Both the position numbers and the translations under genes were made by a program. This document shows, piece after piece, positions 1 through 8,417 of a stretch of DNA of 64,000 nucleotides. Numbering within the stretch: the stretch's first letter is position 1; each line of letters starts with the position of its first letter. The notes beneath the pieces were generated by a model. The model made no database searches. It was given only the letters and a program-made list of their open reading frames with translations, and was not told the origin of the DNA. The stretch is from an uncultured Actinomycetes bacterium (GTDB taxonomy: Bacteria; Actinomycetota; Thermoleophilia; Gaiellales; Gaiellaceae): positions 88,519 to 152,518 of the forward strand of contig CAWFIP010000001.1 of the NCBI GenBank assembly GCA_963815895.1. Direction: 5' to 3'.

Positions 1-1141
1 ACTCGTCGAAGCGGAGCGGGCGGTTGTCGAGCGCAGAGGGCAGGCGGAAGCCGTAGTCGACGAGCGTCTGCTTGCGCGAGCGGTCCCCCTCGTACATGCC
101 GCCGAGCTGCGGCACCGTCTGGTGCGACTCGTCGACGAAGACGACGAAGTCGTCGGGGAAGTAGTCGATGAGCGTGAACGGGTGCGATCCGGCGGGCCGC
201 CCTTCGAGGACCCGCGAGTAGTTCTCGATGCCGTTCGTGAACCCGAGCTCCTTCAGCATCTCCATGTCGTACTCGGTGCGCTGCCGGATGCGGTGCGCCT
301 CGAGCATTCGCCCCTCGGTCTCGAACATCGCGACCTGCTGCTCGAGCTCCGCGCGGATGTCGTCCACGGCGCGCTCGATCGTCGGGCGCGAGGTGATGTA
401 CTCGGTCGCGGGCCAGATCGCGAGGTTGTCCATGCGCGCGTAGACCTCGCCGGTAAGCGGGTCGAAGTGCGTGATCTGCTCCACCTCGTCGCCGAAGAAG
501 GAGACGCGGTACGCGGTCTCCCCGTTCGCCGGCTGGATCTCGACCACGTCGCCCTTCACCCGGAAGCGGCCGCGGCCGAGCACGGTGTCGTTCCGGACGT
601 ACTGGCTGTCGATGAGCATGCGGAGCACCGCGTCGCGGTCGTGCTCCTCCCCCACCTCGAGCACGAGCAGCCGCTCGCGCCACTCCTCCGGCGAGCCGAG
701 GCCGTAGATACACGACACCGACGCGACCACCACGACATCGCGGCGCGTGAGCAGCGACGCCGTCGCGGAGAGCCGCAACCGCGCGATGTCGTCGTTCTGG
801 GACGAGTCCTTCTCGATGTAGAGGTCGGCCTGCGGGATGTACGCCTCGGGCTGGTAGTAGTCGTAGTACGAGACGAAGTACTCGACTGCGTTGTCCGGGA
901 AGAACTCCCGGAACTCGTTGCAGAGCTGCGCGGCAAGCGTCTTGTTGTGCGCGATGACGAGCGCCGGCCGCTGCAGCTTCTCGATCGTCCAGGCCATCGT
1001 CGCGGTCTTGCCCGTGCCCGTCGCGCCGAGCAGCGTCTGAAAGCGATTCCCGCCCTCGATCGACTCCGCGATCTCGTCGATCGCACGCGGCTGGTCGCCC
1101 ATCGGCGCGTACTGGTCGGTGGTCTTGAAGGCCCGCTGCAT
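1..1141 (-). CDS. uvrB: Excinuclease ABC subunit B (UvrB), N-terminal ~380 aa; the 3' end lies beyond the left window edge
   Basis: Own translation of the minus strand from ATG 1141: [103 protein letters not shown]... This carries helicase motif I (GATGTGKT) and the [10 protein letters not shown] signature. It is absent from the ORF track because it runs off the edge. The listed + ORF 122..1156 is its antisense shadow. Confidence 0.95.
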   Translation of the reverse strand, partial: MQRAFKTTDQYAPMGDQPRAIDEIAESIEGGNRFQTLLGATGTGKTATMAWTIEKLQRPALVIAHNKTLAAQLCNEFREFFPDNAVEYFVSYYDYYQPEAYIPQADLYIEKDSSQNDDIARLRLSATASLLTRRDVVVVASVSCIYGLGSPEEWRERLLVLEVGEEHDRDAVLRMLIDSQYVRNDTVLGRGRFRVKGDVVEIQPANGETAYRVSFFGDEVEQITHFDPLTGEVYARMDNLAIWPATEYITSRPTIERAVDDIRAELEQQVAMFETEGRMLEAHRIRQRTEYDMEMLKELGFTNGIENYSRVLEGRPAGSHPFTLIDYFPDDFVVFVDESHQTVPQLGGMYEGDRSRKQTLVDYGFRLPSALDNRPLRFDE

Positions 1142-1258
1142 CAGCGGCAAGCGTAGCCCGTCGGATAGGGGGTATTCCGTCGCCCTGCAGCGGGTTAGAG
1201 TCCGCGTCGGAGAGGAGGGGTCAGGATTCCGCTATCCCGTCTGGCTGCGGTTCTCGTC

Positions 1259-2506
1259 ATGCTGTTCCTCGCGCTCCCGCTCGGCGCGGAGGGCCGGCCC
1301 GAAGCGGCGTCGATCCACGTCCGCAGCAACGCTGAGTTCGCCGCCGCGGTTGCCAAGCTTCGCTACCGCAGCGGCACGATCCACCTCCGCCGTCACGTCT
1401 ACCGGGGCGAGCTCGTGGTCCCCTCGCGTTCGGCGCGGCAACTCCGAATCGTCGGCGAACGCGGAGTCATCGTCGAGAGCCTGCTCCTCGACCACACCCA
1501 GCACGTGACGGTGAAGGGGCTGACGATCAAACCTGTCACCGAGGACGGCTGGCTGAAGATCTACCGCTCGAAGCACATCGAGCTGAACGACGTACTCGTG
1601 ACCGCAGAGCACACGCGCCTCCGCGCGACCGTCCACATCCCGAACTCGAGCCACGTCCTGATCCGGAACAGCGAGTTCCGACGGTGCGGCGACCGCTCCG
1701 TGCTCTTCTCGAACTGCCTCCACCTGCAGCAGCGCGCGCGGCACATCACTGTCCTGAACAACTGGTTCCATGACTGCCGAGGTTGCGACTTCATCCATGG
1801 CAAGTTCGGCTATGGGCTGACGCTGCGCGGGAACCGCTTCGAGCGCGCGCTCCCGTGCAGGATGAACCGCCACCGCTGCGGCCACCAGGACCTCGTGTCG
1901 CTCTGGTCCGGCAGCAAGCTGCTCGTCGAGGACAACACATTCGGCGTCTACAAGAACGGCGCGGCGCAGCTCTATCTGATCGGTGCCGTCGATCGGGTGA
2001 CGATCGTGAACAACGTGTTCAATGGCACCGACCCACGCGTGCCCGGGTACCACGCTCGCGTCGCGATCATCGTCGGCAGCAAGCGGATGAAACGCGTTCC
2101 GCGGCGCGTCCGGATCGTGAACAACACGGTCCTCACCGGCGCGAAGCGCATCGACGGCTACGCCGGCTCGATCCGCATGAGCGGCGTCTACTGGCGCATG
2201 CAGCGCCACAAGCGGCCGATCCTCGCGAACAACGTCCTCGGTCTGGTCGAGGAGCCGCACTACGTGTGCAGCGTCGCGCGCCTCGCGATCTCCAACGTCG
2301 TGCTGCGTGGAAGCCGGTGCAACGGCATCAACCGCCTCGGCCGGGCTCATCTCGATGCACGAGGCCGTCCCACCGCCGCGTCCTGGCTGCTCATCGACCA
2401 GGCGGACAGACGCTTCGGCGCGCGGCGTGACATCGTCGGGCGGCTACGCGACGAGTGGCCGGACATCGGGGCGTACGAGTACCGCCCCAGCAAGCCGGGG
2501 AGCTAG
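1259..2506 (+). CDS. Right-handed parallel beta-helix repeat protein (pectate-lyase fold), probably secreted
   Basis: 415-aa ORF with repeated ~22-25-aa turns carrying Asn/Ile/Val ladders (HVTVKGLTI, HIELNDVLV, HVLIRNSEF, ITVLNNWF, LTLRGNRF, LLVEDNTF, VTIVNNVF, VRIVNNTV, ILANNVL). The N-terminus is hydrophobic. The frame is open from 1199, so a non-ATG start slightly upstream is possible. Confidence 0.6.
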   Translation: MLFLALPLGAEGRPEAASIHVRSNAEFAAAVAKLRYRSGTIHLRRHVYRGELVVPSRSARQLRIVGERGVIVESLLLDHTQHVTVKGLTIKPVTEDGWLKIYRSKHIELNDVLVTAEHTRLRATVHIPNSSHVLIRNSEFRRCGDRSVLFSNCLHLQQRARHITVLNNWFHDCRGCDFIHGKFGYGLTLRGNRFERALPCRMNRHRCGHQDLVSLWSGSKLLVEDNTFGVYKNGAAQLYLIGAVDRVTIVNNVFNGTDPRVPGYHARVAIIVGSKRMKRVPRRVRIVNNTVLTGAKRIDGYAGSIRMSGVYWRMQRHKRPILANNVLGLVEEPHYVCSVARLAISNVVLRGSRCNGINRLGRAHLDARGRPTAASWLLIDQADRRFGARRDIVGRLRDEWPDIGAYEYRPSKPGS

Positions 2507-2512
2507 CCAGTC

Positions 2513-5488
2513 CTAGCGTAGGTAGCGCTCGCGCTCCTCCGGAGTGAGCTCACGACCCGTCCGCTTCAGCCGTCTGTCGGCAAGTGCGAGGAGGTCGTCG
2601 AGATCACCACAGATCGTGCAGGCGTAGGTACGAACCGTCCCGTCGGCGCCGCCCGTCACGATCGTCCGCCCACCGTCGTCGAAGGCAACGGCGGTGACCG
2701 GCCCCACGTGCCCCTGGAGGCGGATGAGGGGTTCGGCCCCGAATGGGTCCCAGAGCGCCGCCCTCCCCGCCCCGGTCAATAGCCAGCGCCCGTCGGGGCT
2801 GAAGGTGACGTCGCTCACGGCCTGCTTGTGGTGTAGGGCATGACTCTGGCCTGTTGCGACGGTCCAGACACGTACGTCCCCGTCACGGCTCGCGGTCGCG
2901 AGCAATGCGCCGTCCGGCGTGAAAGCGACGGATCGAACGCGATCCCGATGACCTTTGAGGACTCTGGTCTCCTCGTTCGCCCGCAGCACGACGGTACTGC
3001 CGCGAATGGTTGCCGTGACCCCGTCTGGACCGACGACCTGGCGAGAACGAGGCTCGCCCCGCTCAAGGGCGATCGTCTTGCCACTCTTGAGATCGAGAAC
3101 GCGCACTTGACCATCCGACAACGTCGCTCGGATACGACGCCCGTCGCCAACGGCCACATCCGACACCGGCCGTGGGAGCCTCGCAAGTCGGCGCAGGACA
3201 GGCTGGTAGAGACCGTTCCAGATCCTGACCGTCCCATCGAGGCTCGCGGTCACGACCGAACTTCCCTCTCGCCCCGAGAAGGACGCGGACGTAATCCGTC
3301 CGTCGTGGCCGGAGTACGTCAACTGTGTTGCCCCGGTGTCCGCCCACGAGATACGAGCCGACCCGTCCTCGCTTCCGGTCACTACGAGTGCGCCGTCCGT
3401 GCTGAATCCGATGTCCCTGATGCTCGACGCATCGGTCTCGAGCGGCACGATCACCGAACCGCCACGGACGTTCCATAGTCGCGCCACGCCGTCCGAGCTC
3501 GCGCTCGCGATCGAGGTGGCATCGGGGCTGAAGGCGAGCGCGAGGATGTGGCCCTGGTCGATTACCGTGCGCAGCTGTCGACCGCCTGCAAGCCACAGCC
3601 GAATCGAACCATCGCTCGAGCCGGTCGCAATTGTCGTGTTGTCGCGGGAGATCGCCGCCGACTGGACGCCGGGATGTGCGTACCGCTGCAGCAGTCTTCC
3701 CGTACCGACGTCGATCAGGCTCGCACTTCCCTTCGACACGGCAACGAGTCGGGACGCGTCGGACGAAATCTCCGCGGCGATGACACCCGAGGCCCGGGGA
3801 ACCTCGAATGCGTCTCCATCCGGACGGATGACCGACAGCCCACCGTCGCCTTCCGTGAAGAGCGCTATCCCGTTGGCGGCAAACGAGACGTGACGGCCCG
3901 GTTGAGCCCTCCCGAGCGTAGCGAGGTCTCGACCGGTATCGCCGTCCGCGCTCATGAGCTGCCCGCTCGCAGTCGCGACCTCCACCCGGCCGGCGCGTAG
4001 GATCGCGCCAAGGAGCGGCTCACCGACGCGAACGACCGTCCTCACGTTCGACGCGACGATCGCCGACCTCAGGCCGGTCTCCGATGTCTCGGTATCAGCG
4101 ACCCGCGCGGCCTCGCGAGCGAGGACCAAGCTCAGCTCGGGATCCGGCGCAAGCATCGTCGACGAAATCGCCTCGAGTTGATGCGCGCGCGCCTCTTGCG
4201 CTTGCCGCTGCGCCTTGCTGCGCTGGGACAGCGCGAACGCGGTGACAGCGCTCATCAGCGCGAGCGCAACAAGCGCGAGTCCGAAGAGCAGGCGTAGCCG
4301 TCGGCGTCGCCTGCGACCTTCTGCGAGCTCGCGGTCGATCTCGCGGGCAGTTCGGTGCCTCGTGCGCCAGGCCAGCACAGGCTCGGCCAGAACGTCGTGG
4401 AAGATCTCGATCCTCCCCGCCTCGTCCGGGCGCACGATCCTGTGGTCCGAGAGCGTTGCGACCACGGGCGCCGCTGCGGTCTCCTCGACTCCGGCGTATT
4501 CGGCGAGGTCGTGGACCTCGTGAGCGATCTTGGTACCCGACGGCGTGACGAGGTACGTGAAGAGCTGCGCGGCGACGTCGCGCTCGTCGAGCGTCAGGCG
4601 CTCCACCGCGCGCTCGAGATGATCGGCGACGATCTGGCGTGGTCCTCCCAGAGCCTCGAGCGTCGTCGCCCGCAGACGTTCGGAGCCGTCTGAGCGCTCC
4701 TCTTCCCATAGGCGTTGCATGACGAGCTGGAGGTATGGCGCCTCGACCGCATAGGGCCGGCCGTTCCCCTCCACCGACCCGAGGCCGCCGGCCGCCAGCT
4801 CGATCTGCCCCGCACCCACGCCATCCAGCACTTCCTCCACCAGCGGCCGTTCCATTTCCACGCGCTCACCAGTGAGCTCGTTCCACCTCTCGACCGGCCC
4901 GGTGATCGCCATCCGACCGGCCGCCCGATCCATGCGGTCGAGCCTCAGCGAGTTCCCATAGATCGAAGGGATGCGTCGCTTGAACCGATCCAGCCGAGCG
5001 AGCGAGTCCTCACGCAGCGAGAGGAGCACATTCACCCGCAGCGGCTCTCCGACCACGCGCGCCAGTTCCGCCTCGAAGGGAACCTCGTTCGCCTGGTAGA
5101 CGAAGTACTCCTCGACCTGGTCGAGAAGGAGATAGACGTCATGCGACTGCTGCGTCCGCTCGACGACCTCGTGCAGGCCGCTTGCTGCACGCTCGCCGAG
5201 TAACTCGGCAACGTTCGCGGCAAGCTCGCCGGGATCGTCTCCCCAACGGTCGAAGAGGATCACGCGCGGCTCTTCAGGCAATTCCCGCAACGACCGTGCG
5301 ACGGATGCTCGCAGCAGGGATGACTTGCCGACGCCGCTGGGCCCGTAGAGCACCGTGAGGCGCGAGGCGATCAGGTTCGCGACGACGATCTCGCTTTCGC
5401 GCTCGCGACCGAAGAAGAGGAGCGCGTCGAGCTCGGAGTCCTCGAACGCGCTGAGCCCCTTGTACGGTGACGAAGGAACCGTGTTCAT
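2513..5488 (-). CDS. nSTAND/NACHT-like P-loop NTPase - single TM helix - WD40 beta-propeller protein (991 aa)
   Basis: Internal ATG at 5488 gives MNTVPSSPYKGLSAFEDSELDALLFFGRERE. Walker A is LYGPSGVGKSSLL and Walker B is VYLLLDQVEEYF. TM helix: LLFGLALVALALMSAVTAFAL. WD40 blades: SSDGSIRLW, SSDGVARLWNV, SEDGSARISW, SLDGTVRIWN, SRDGDVRVWTV, GADGTVRTY. The ATG overlaps the stop of the upstream gene (ATGA at 5485-5488). The 41-codon extension in the ORF track (to 5611) would lie inside the upstream gene. Confidence 0.85.
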   Translation of the reverse strand: MNTVPSSPYKGLSAFEDSELDALLFFGRERESEIVVANLIASRLTVLYGPSGVGKSSLLRASVARSLRELPEEPRVILFDRWGDDPGELAANVAELLGERAASGLHEVVERTQQSHDVYLLLDQVEEYFVYQANEVPFEAELARVVGEPLRVNVLLSLREDSLARLDRFKRRIPSIYGNSLRLDRMDRAAGRMAITGPVERWNELTGERVEMERPLVEEVLDGVGAGQIELAAGGLGSVEGNGRPYAVEAPYLQLVMQRLWEEERSDGSERLRATTLEALGGPRQIVADHLERAVERLTLDERDVAAQLFTYLVTPSGTKIAHEVHDLAEYAGVEETAAAPVVATLSDHRIVRPDEAGRIEIFHDVLAEPVLAWRTRHRTAREIDRELAEGRRRRRRLRLLFGLALVALALMSAVTAFALSQRSKAQRQAQEARAHQLEAISSTMLAPDPELSLVLAREAARVADTETSETGLRSAIVASNVRTVVRVGEPLLGAILRAGRVEVATASGQLMSADGDTGRDLATLGRAQPGRHVSFAANGIALFTEGDGGLSVIRPDGDAFEVPRASGVIAAEISSDASRLVAVSKGSASLIDVGTGRLLQRYAHPGVQSAAISRDNTTIATGSSDGSIRLWLAGGRQLRTVIDQGHILALAFSPDATSIASASSDGVARLWNVRGGSVIVPLETDASSIRDIGFSTDGALVVTGSEDGSARISWADTGATQLTYSGHDGRITSASFSGREGSSVVTASLDGTVRIWNGLYQPVLRRLARLPRPVSDVAVGDGRRIRATLSDGQVRVLDLKSGKTIALERGEPRSRQVVGPDGVTATIRGSTVVLRANEETRVLKGHRDRVRSVAFTPDGALLATASRDGDVRVWTVATGQSHALHHKQAVSDVTFSPDGRWLLTGAGRAALWDPFGAEPLIRLQGHVGPVTAVAFDDGGRTIVTGGADGTVRTYACTICGDLDDLLALADRRLKRTGRELTPEERERYLR

Positions 5489-7107
5489 GCCGCCGCCAGG
5501 CGCTGCTCGAGCAGCTCGACGTATGCCTGGGGATCGACGTCGAGCGCGGCCACGTCGAAGCTCCGCCAGAACGCCTGCGCGAGCAGGCTCGGCGAGCCCT
5601 GGACCGCCCACGACCGGTAGCCGACAGGACGGTCGCCCCAGATCCGGTGGAGGATGAGCCGCAGGCTCCAGTCGGCCATCTCGTACCCGAGGAACAGGAA
5701 ATGACTACGGCGCAGCTTCGCTGCGAGCGCGACCGGGACGACCGCGCTGAGATCGGAGCTTCCGAGGTACCCGATGTAGTCGTCCTCGGTGATGACGAAG
5801 CTCTCCCACTCCCGCTCGGGAAGCGGATCGACCGCGCCGTGGAGCTTCAACAGGATTGTCCGGCGCTCGAGCGAGAGCTCCGTCGCGTACGTGTTGGGCA
5901 CGTCGATCGGCCGCGGAGCTTCGCCCGGTGGGCGATGCCAGAAGCGGCCGCGGTGCGACCCGCTCGCCACGTACGCGACGATGTCGAGCTCCTCCCCCTC
6001 CTCCTCGAACGCACGCTCGAGAGCCAGGTCGAAGTTCGTGGTCACGATCAGCTGGTGCGGAGCGCCTCTCGCCCGGAGCAGCGCGGGTAACCGGGCGAGG
6101 AAGCGGTGCAGCGGCCCCGGCTCGACAGCGGCCTCGAAGAGCGCATGCAGCTCGTCGTAGAGCGGCCCGAACCCCTGCATCGTCGCCACGTACTGCGAGA
6201 TCCGCGCCAGATCTATGGGCCGGTCGTCGGGCACGTCGAACGCCCGGGCCAGGTGCGCCGCCAGATCTCCGGCGCCGTCGAGACCGATGACCGGGACCAC
6301 GCGACCTGCGACGATCGCCTTCACGATCTCGCCGTCCGCATCGCGGCTGCCGTTGGTGGGAGCGTGCCCGATCGCCGTGTCTTGCCGGAGGATCTCCGCC
6401 TGGAGTCGCCTCAGCTCTGGGCCCGGCTCGATACCTAGCTCGTCGACGAAGCGCGCGCGCGCGTCCTGGTACGCGTCGAGCGCCTCCGCCTGCCGTCCGC
6501 TGCGGTAGAGCGCCAGCATCAGCTGCCGGCGAAACGTCTCGCGCAGCGGATGCTCGCGGACGAGCGACTCCAGCTCGCCGACGACGTCGCCGTGGCGGCC
6601 GAGCTCGAGATCCGCATCGATGCGCTCCTCGAGCGCAACGACACGCAGCTCCTCCAGCCGTCGGATCTCGGGCTCTGCGAAGCGCTCGAACGTGAACTCC
6701 GCGAGCGCGGGGCCGCGCCACAGGCGAAGCGCGCTCTCGAGCAGGTCGCGCCGCGCCTCGGGCGCCGCGCGCCGCGCCGCGCGAAGCTGCGACTCGAACC
6801 GGTTCGCGTCCAGCTGCTCGGGTCGGATCCGGAGCACGTAGCCAGGCGCCTGTGTCGCGAGCACCTCGGGTCCGAGCTCGCGCCTGAGCCGCGAGACCGC
6901 GTTCTGGAGTGAGGTCGTCGCAGTCTTCGGCGCAGCCTCGCCCCACACCTGATCGACAAGACGGTCCGTCGCCACCACACGGCCCGCGTCCAGCACGAGC
7001 ACGGCGAGCAGTGCCCGCTGTCGCAGCCCCCCGACAGCGACCGAGCCGGCAGGTCCTTCGACCTCGAGCGGGCCCAGTATCCGGAAATCAAACGTCACAA
7101 GTGACAC
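5485..7107 (-). CDS. SARP-family regulator (OmpR-type winged helix + BTAD) fused to a C-terminal SIR2_2-like domain (540 aa from GTG 7107)
   Basis: wHTH: FRILGPLEVEG...LRQRALLAVLVLDAGRVVATDRLVDQVWGE...GYVLRI. BTAD: LWRGPALAEF...RQLMLALYRSGRQAEALDAYQDARARFVDELGIEPGPELRRLQAEIL. SIR2_2 landmarks: VVPVIGLDGAGD, LIVTTNFDLALERAF, ILLKLHGAV, FVITEDDYIGY, FLFLGYEMADWSLRLIL. Start chosen at GTG 7107 (alternative GTG 7098), because the longer ORF (to 7287) would swallow the SARP box at 7203..7220 and abut the divergent gene. Confidence 0.8.
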   Translation of the reverse strand: MSLVTFDFRILGPLEVEGPAGSVAVGGLRQRALLAVLVLDAGRVVATDRLVDQVWGEAAPKTATTSLQNAVSRLRRELGPEVLATQAPGYVLRIRPEQLDANRFESQLRAARRAAPEARRDLLESALRLWRGPALAEFTFERFAEPEIRRLEELRVVALEERIDADLELGRHGDVVGELESLVREHPLRETFRRQLMLALYRSGRQAEALDAYQDARARFVDELGIEPGPELRRLQAEILRQDTAIGHAPTNGSRDADGEIVKAIVAGRVVPVIGLDGAGDLAAHLARAFDVPDDRPIDLARISQYVATMQGFGPLYDELHALFEAAVEPGPLHRFLARLPALLRARGAPHQLIVTTNFDLALERAFEEEGEELDIVAYVASGSHRGRFWHRPPGEAPRPIDVPNTYATELSLERRTILLKLHGAVDPLPEREWESFVITEDDYIGYLGSSDLSAVVPVALAAKLRRSHFLFLGYEMADWSLRLILHRIWGDRPVGYRSWAVQGSPSLLAQAFWRSFDVAALDVDPQAYVELLEQRLAAA

Positions 7108-7156
7108 TAACTCCGCCGAAAGCGGTGTGTCCAGGGGTTCTTCGCTTTCTTTGCAT
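7088..7156 (-). CDS. Candidate 22-codon upstream/leader ORF (MQRKRRTPGHTAFGGVSVTCDV) preceding and overlapping the SARP-SIR2 start
   Basis: Minus strand reads GGAAGGAGGgtcgcgcATG: a strong SD (7172-7164), a 7-nt spacer, then ATG at 7156. The ORF is out of frame with the main gene. Its TGA stop (7090-7088) lies 5 nt past the GTG at 7098. It is too short for the ORF track. Confidence 0.3.
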   Translation of the reverse strand: MQRKRRTPGHTAFGGVSVTCDV

Positions 7157-7202
7157 GCGCGACCCTCCTTCCTGATCTGGCTCTTTCCATGAGACGAGAC
7201 AC

Positions 7203-7220
7203 CGCTCAAGAGGCGCTCAA
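7203..7220 (-). promoter_or_regulatory. SARP-type operator box 1: TTGAGCGcctcTTGAGCG (heptamer direct repeat, 11-bp register)
   Basis: Read on the minus strand from 7220 to 7203. It points toward the SARP-SIR2 operon. It is followed by 8 bp (gtgtctcg) and then TCTCAT. The uORF ATG lies 47 nt downstream and GTG 7107 lies 96 nt downstream. Confidence 0.6.
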
Positions 7221-7285
7221 CGGCCGTTGGTGCGCTGTTGGCGCGGTGTGACCGCATGGTTTGGGCGCCCTCCGACGGTGCCGCC

Positions 7286-8344
7286 ATGACTACTTCAGCT
7301 GCACGTCTCGTGAAGAGGGCGCTCCCAGTCCTCGCCGGCTCTCTCGTCTGCCTCCTCGTCCCCGCGGTCGCCGTCCAGGCGGCGCAGCAGGGCGGCTCCC
7401 CCTCAGGATGCTCGGGCGCCTTCGGATGGCCCGTGAAGCCGTTCGACCGGCCGCATCAGATCCGCGGCGCGTTCGGCGACCCGCGAACGCAGTTCGACGG
7501 CCCTCCCACGCTCTCCACCCTCCTCAACGGAGACGGGAAGTTCACGTTCCACGAGGGCGTCGACATCACCGCTCCCGATCGCACTGCGGTGTACCCGGTC
7601 GCATCTGGAACGGTCACGCAGGTCACGGACGAGTGGATCGGCGTCGACTGCGGCAACGGACGCGCGTTCGAGTACTGGCACATCGACGCCCGGGTCCGGA
7701 TCGGCCAGAAGGTCATCGCCGGCAAGACGCTGCTCGGGCGCATCCAGCGCTCCGAGGCCCACGTCCATGTGACGGTGCTGGAGCGGGGACGCGTAGTGAA
7801 TCCGGTCGCGCCGGCCCGCCTGTCGCCGTACCAGGACACGACGATGCCCGAGGTGCTGGACATCGCCGTCCGCCGGGACGAGCGAGGGCCCGACGAGATG
7901 CCGCAGGCCGTTCGCGGCCGCGTCTACCTGATCGCCGAGGCGATCGACACCACGGAGCCGATCGACACGCCCGGCCTGCGCACGCCGACCATCTACCGGA
8001 ACTGGCCCACCACGCCGGCGCGGATCACGTGGCGCGTCGAGCACTGGAACGGCCGGGTCGCCGTTCCCGAGCGCGTCGCACGCGACGTTCGGCAGTCCAT
8101 CCCGTCCGACGACCGCTTCTGGAGCTCATTAGCGCGCGGCACGTATCAGAACCAGTCCGTCTTCGGATCGCACTACTCGTACCTCCAGCACGGCCGTTTC
8201 GTCTTCAAGCTGATGCCGCACCCGTTCGACACGCGCACGCTCCATGACGGCGTCTACGACCTCGTGGTCACGGCGACGGACATCGCCGGACATGGCGACT
8301 CGGCGCGCTTCCGCTTCACGGTCAGAAACGGCGCGGACGTTTGA
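7286..8344 (+). CDS. Secreted M23 (LytM-type) metallopeptidase family protein
   Basis: Signal-like N-terminus MTTSAARLVKRALPVLAGSLVCLLVPAVAVQA from ATG 7286. M23 motifs are HEGVDITAP (HxxxD) and EAHVHVTV (HxH). Confidence 0.8.
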   Translation: MTTSAARLVKRALPVLAGSLVCLLVPAVAVQAAQQGGSPSGCSGAFGWPVKPFDRPHQIRGAFGDPRTQFDGPPTLSTLLNGDGKFTFHEGVDITAPDRTAVYPVASGTVTQVTDEWIGVDCGNGRAFEYWHIDARVRIGQKVIAGKTLLGRIQRSEAHVHVTVLERGRVVNPVAPARLSPYQDTTMPEVLDIAVRRDERGPDEMPQAVRGRVYLIAEAIDTTEPIDTPGLRTPTIYRNWPTTPARITWRVEHWNGRVAVPERVARDVRQSIPSDDRFWSSLARGTYQNQSVFGSHYSYLQHGRFVFKLMPHPFDTRTLHDGVYDLVVTATDIAGHGDSARFRFTVRNGADV

Positions 8345-8367
8345 GCCGATCGTGTCACAGGCGCAAG

Positions 8368-8398
8368 GGGAAGCCCTCTCGCAGCGGAGAGGGCTCCC
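8368..8398. terminator. Hairpin between convergent genes (putative bidirectional terminator)
   Basis: GGGaAGCCCTCTC-gcagcg-GAGAGGGCTCCC: ~12-bp GC-rich stem with a 1-nt bulge. It lies between the stop of 7286..8344 and the stop of 8418..9599. There is no clear U-tract. Confidence 0.5.
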
Positions 8399-8417
8399 AC
8401 CCAATGCGCCGGCGGCT

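Noticed and set aside
122-1156. 344-aa plus-strand ORF at the left edge
   Set aside because: It is the antisense shadow of uvrB. Its composition is Arg/Asp/Val/Leu-rich and low-complexity, typical of an off-frame high-GC ORF. The minus strand encodes an unmistakable UvrB.
5489-5611. 41-codon N-terminal extension of the STAND-WD40 ORF (MGGPGLAEPARAG...)
   Set aside because: It lies entirely inside the upstream SARP-SIR2 coding region and is Arg/Ala/Gly-rich. The internal ATG 5488 gives the canonical nSTAND N-terminus and an ATGA overlap.
7108-7287. 60-codon N-terminal extension of the SARP-SIR2 ORF (MAAPSEGAQTMRSHR...)
   Set aside because: It would place the SARP box and a strong SD/uORF inside the coding sequence and leave no intergenic space with the divergent M23 gene (ATG 7286). 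SARP winged helices normally begin within a few residues of the N-terminus.
8341-8347. Single TTGAGCC heptamers (8341-8347 on the plus strand; 9677-9671 on the minus strand) as additional SARP boxes
   Set aside because: There is no partner heptamer 11 bp away in either case. The first is simply the stop-codon context of the M23 gene.
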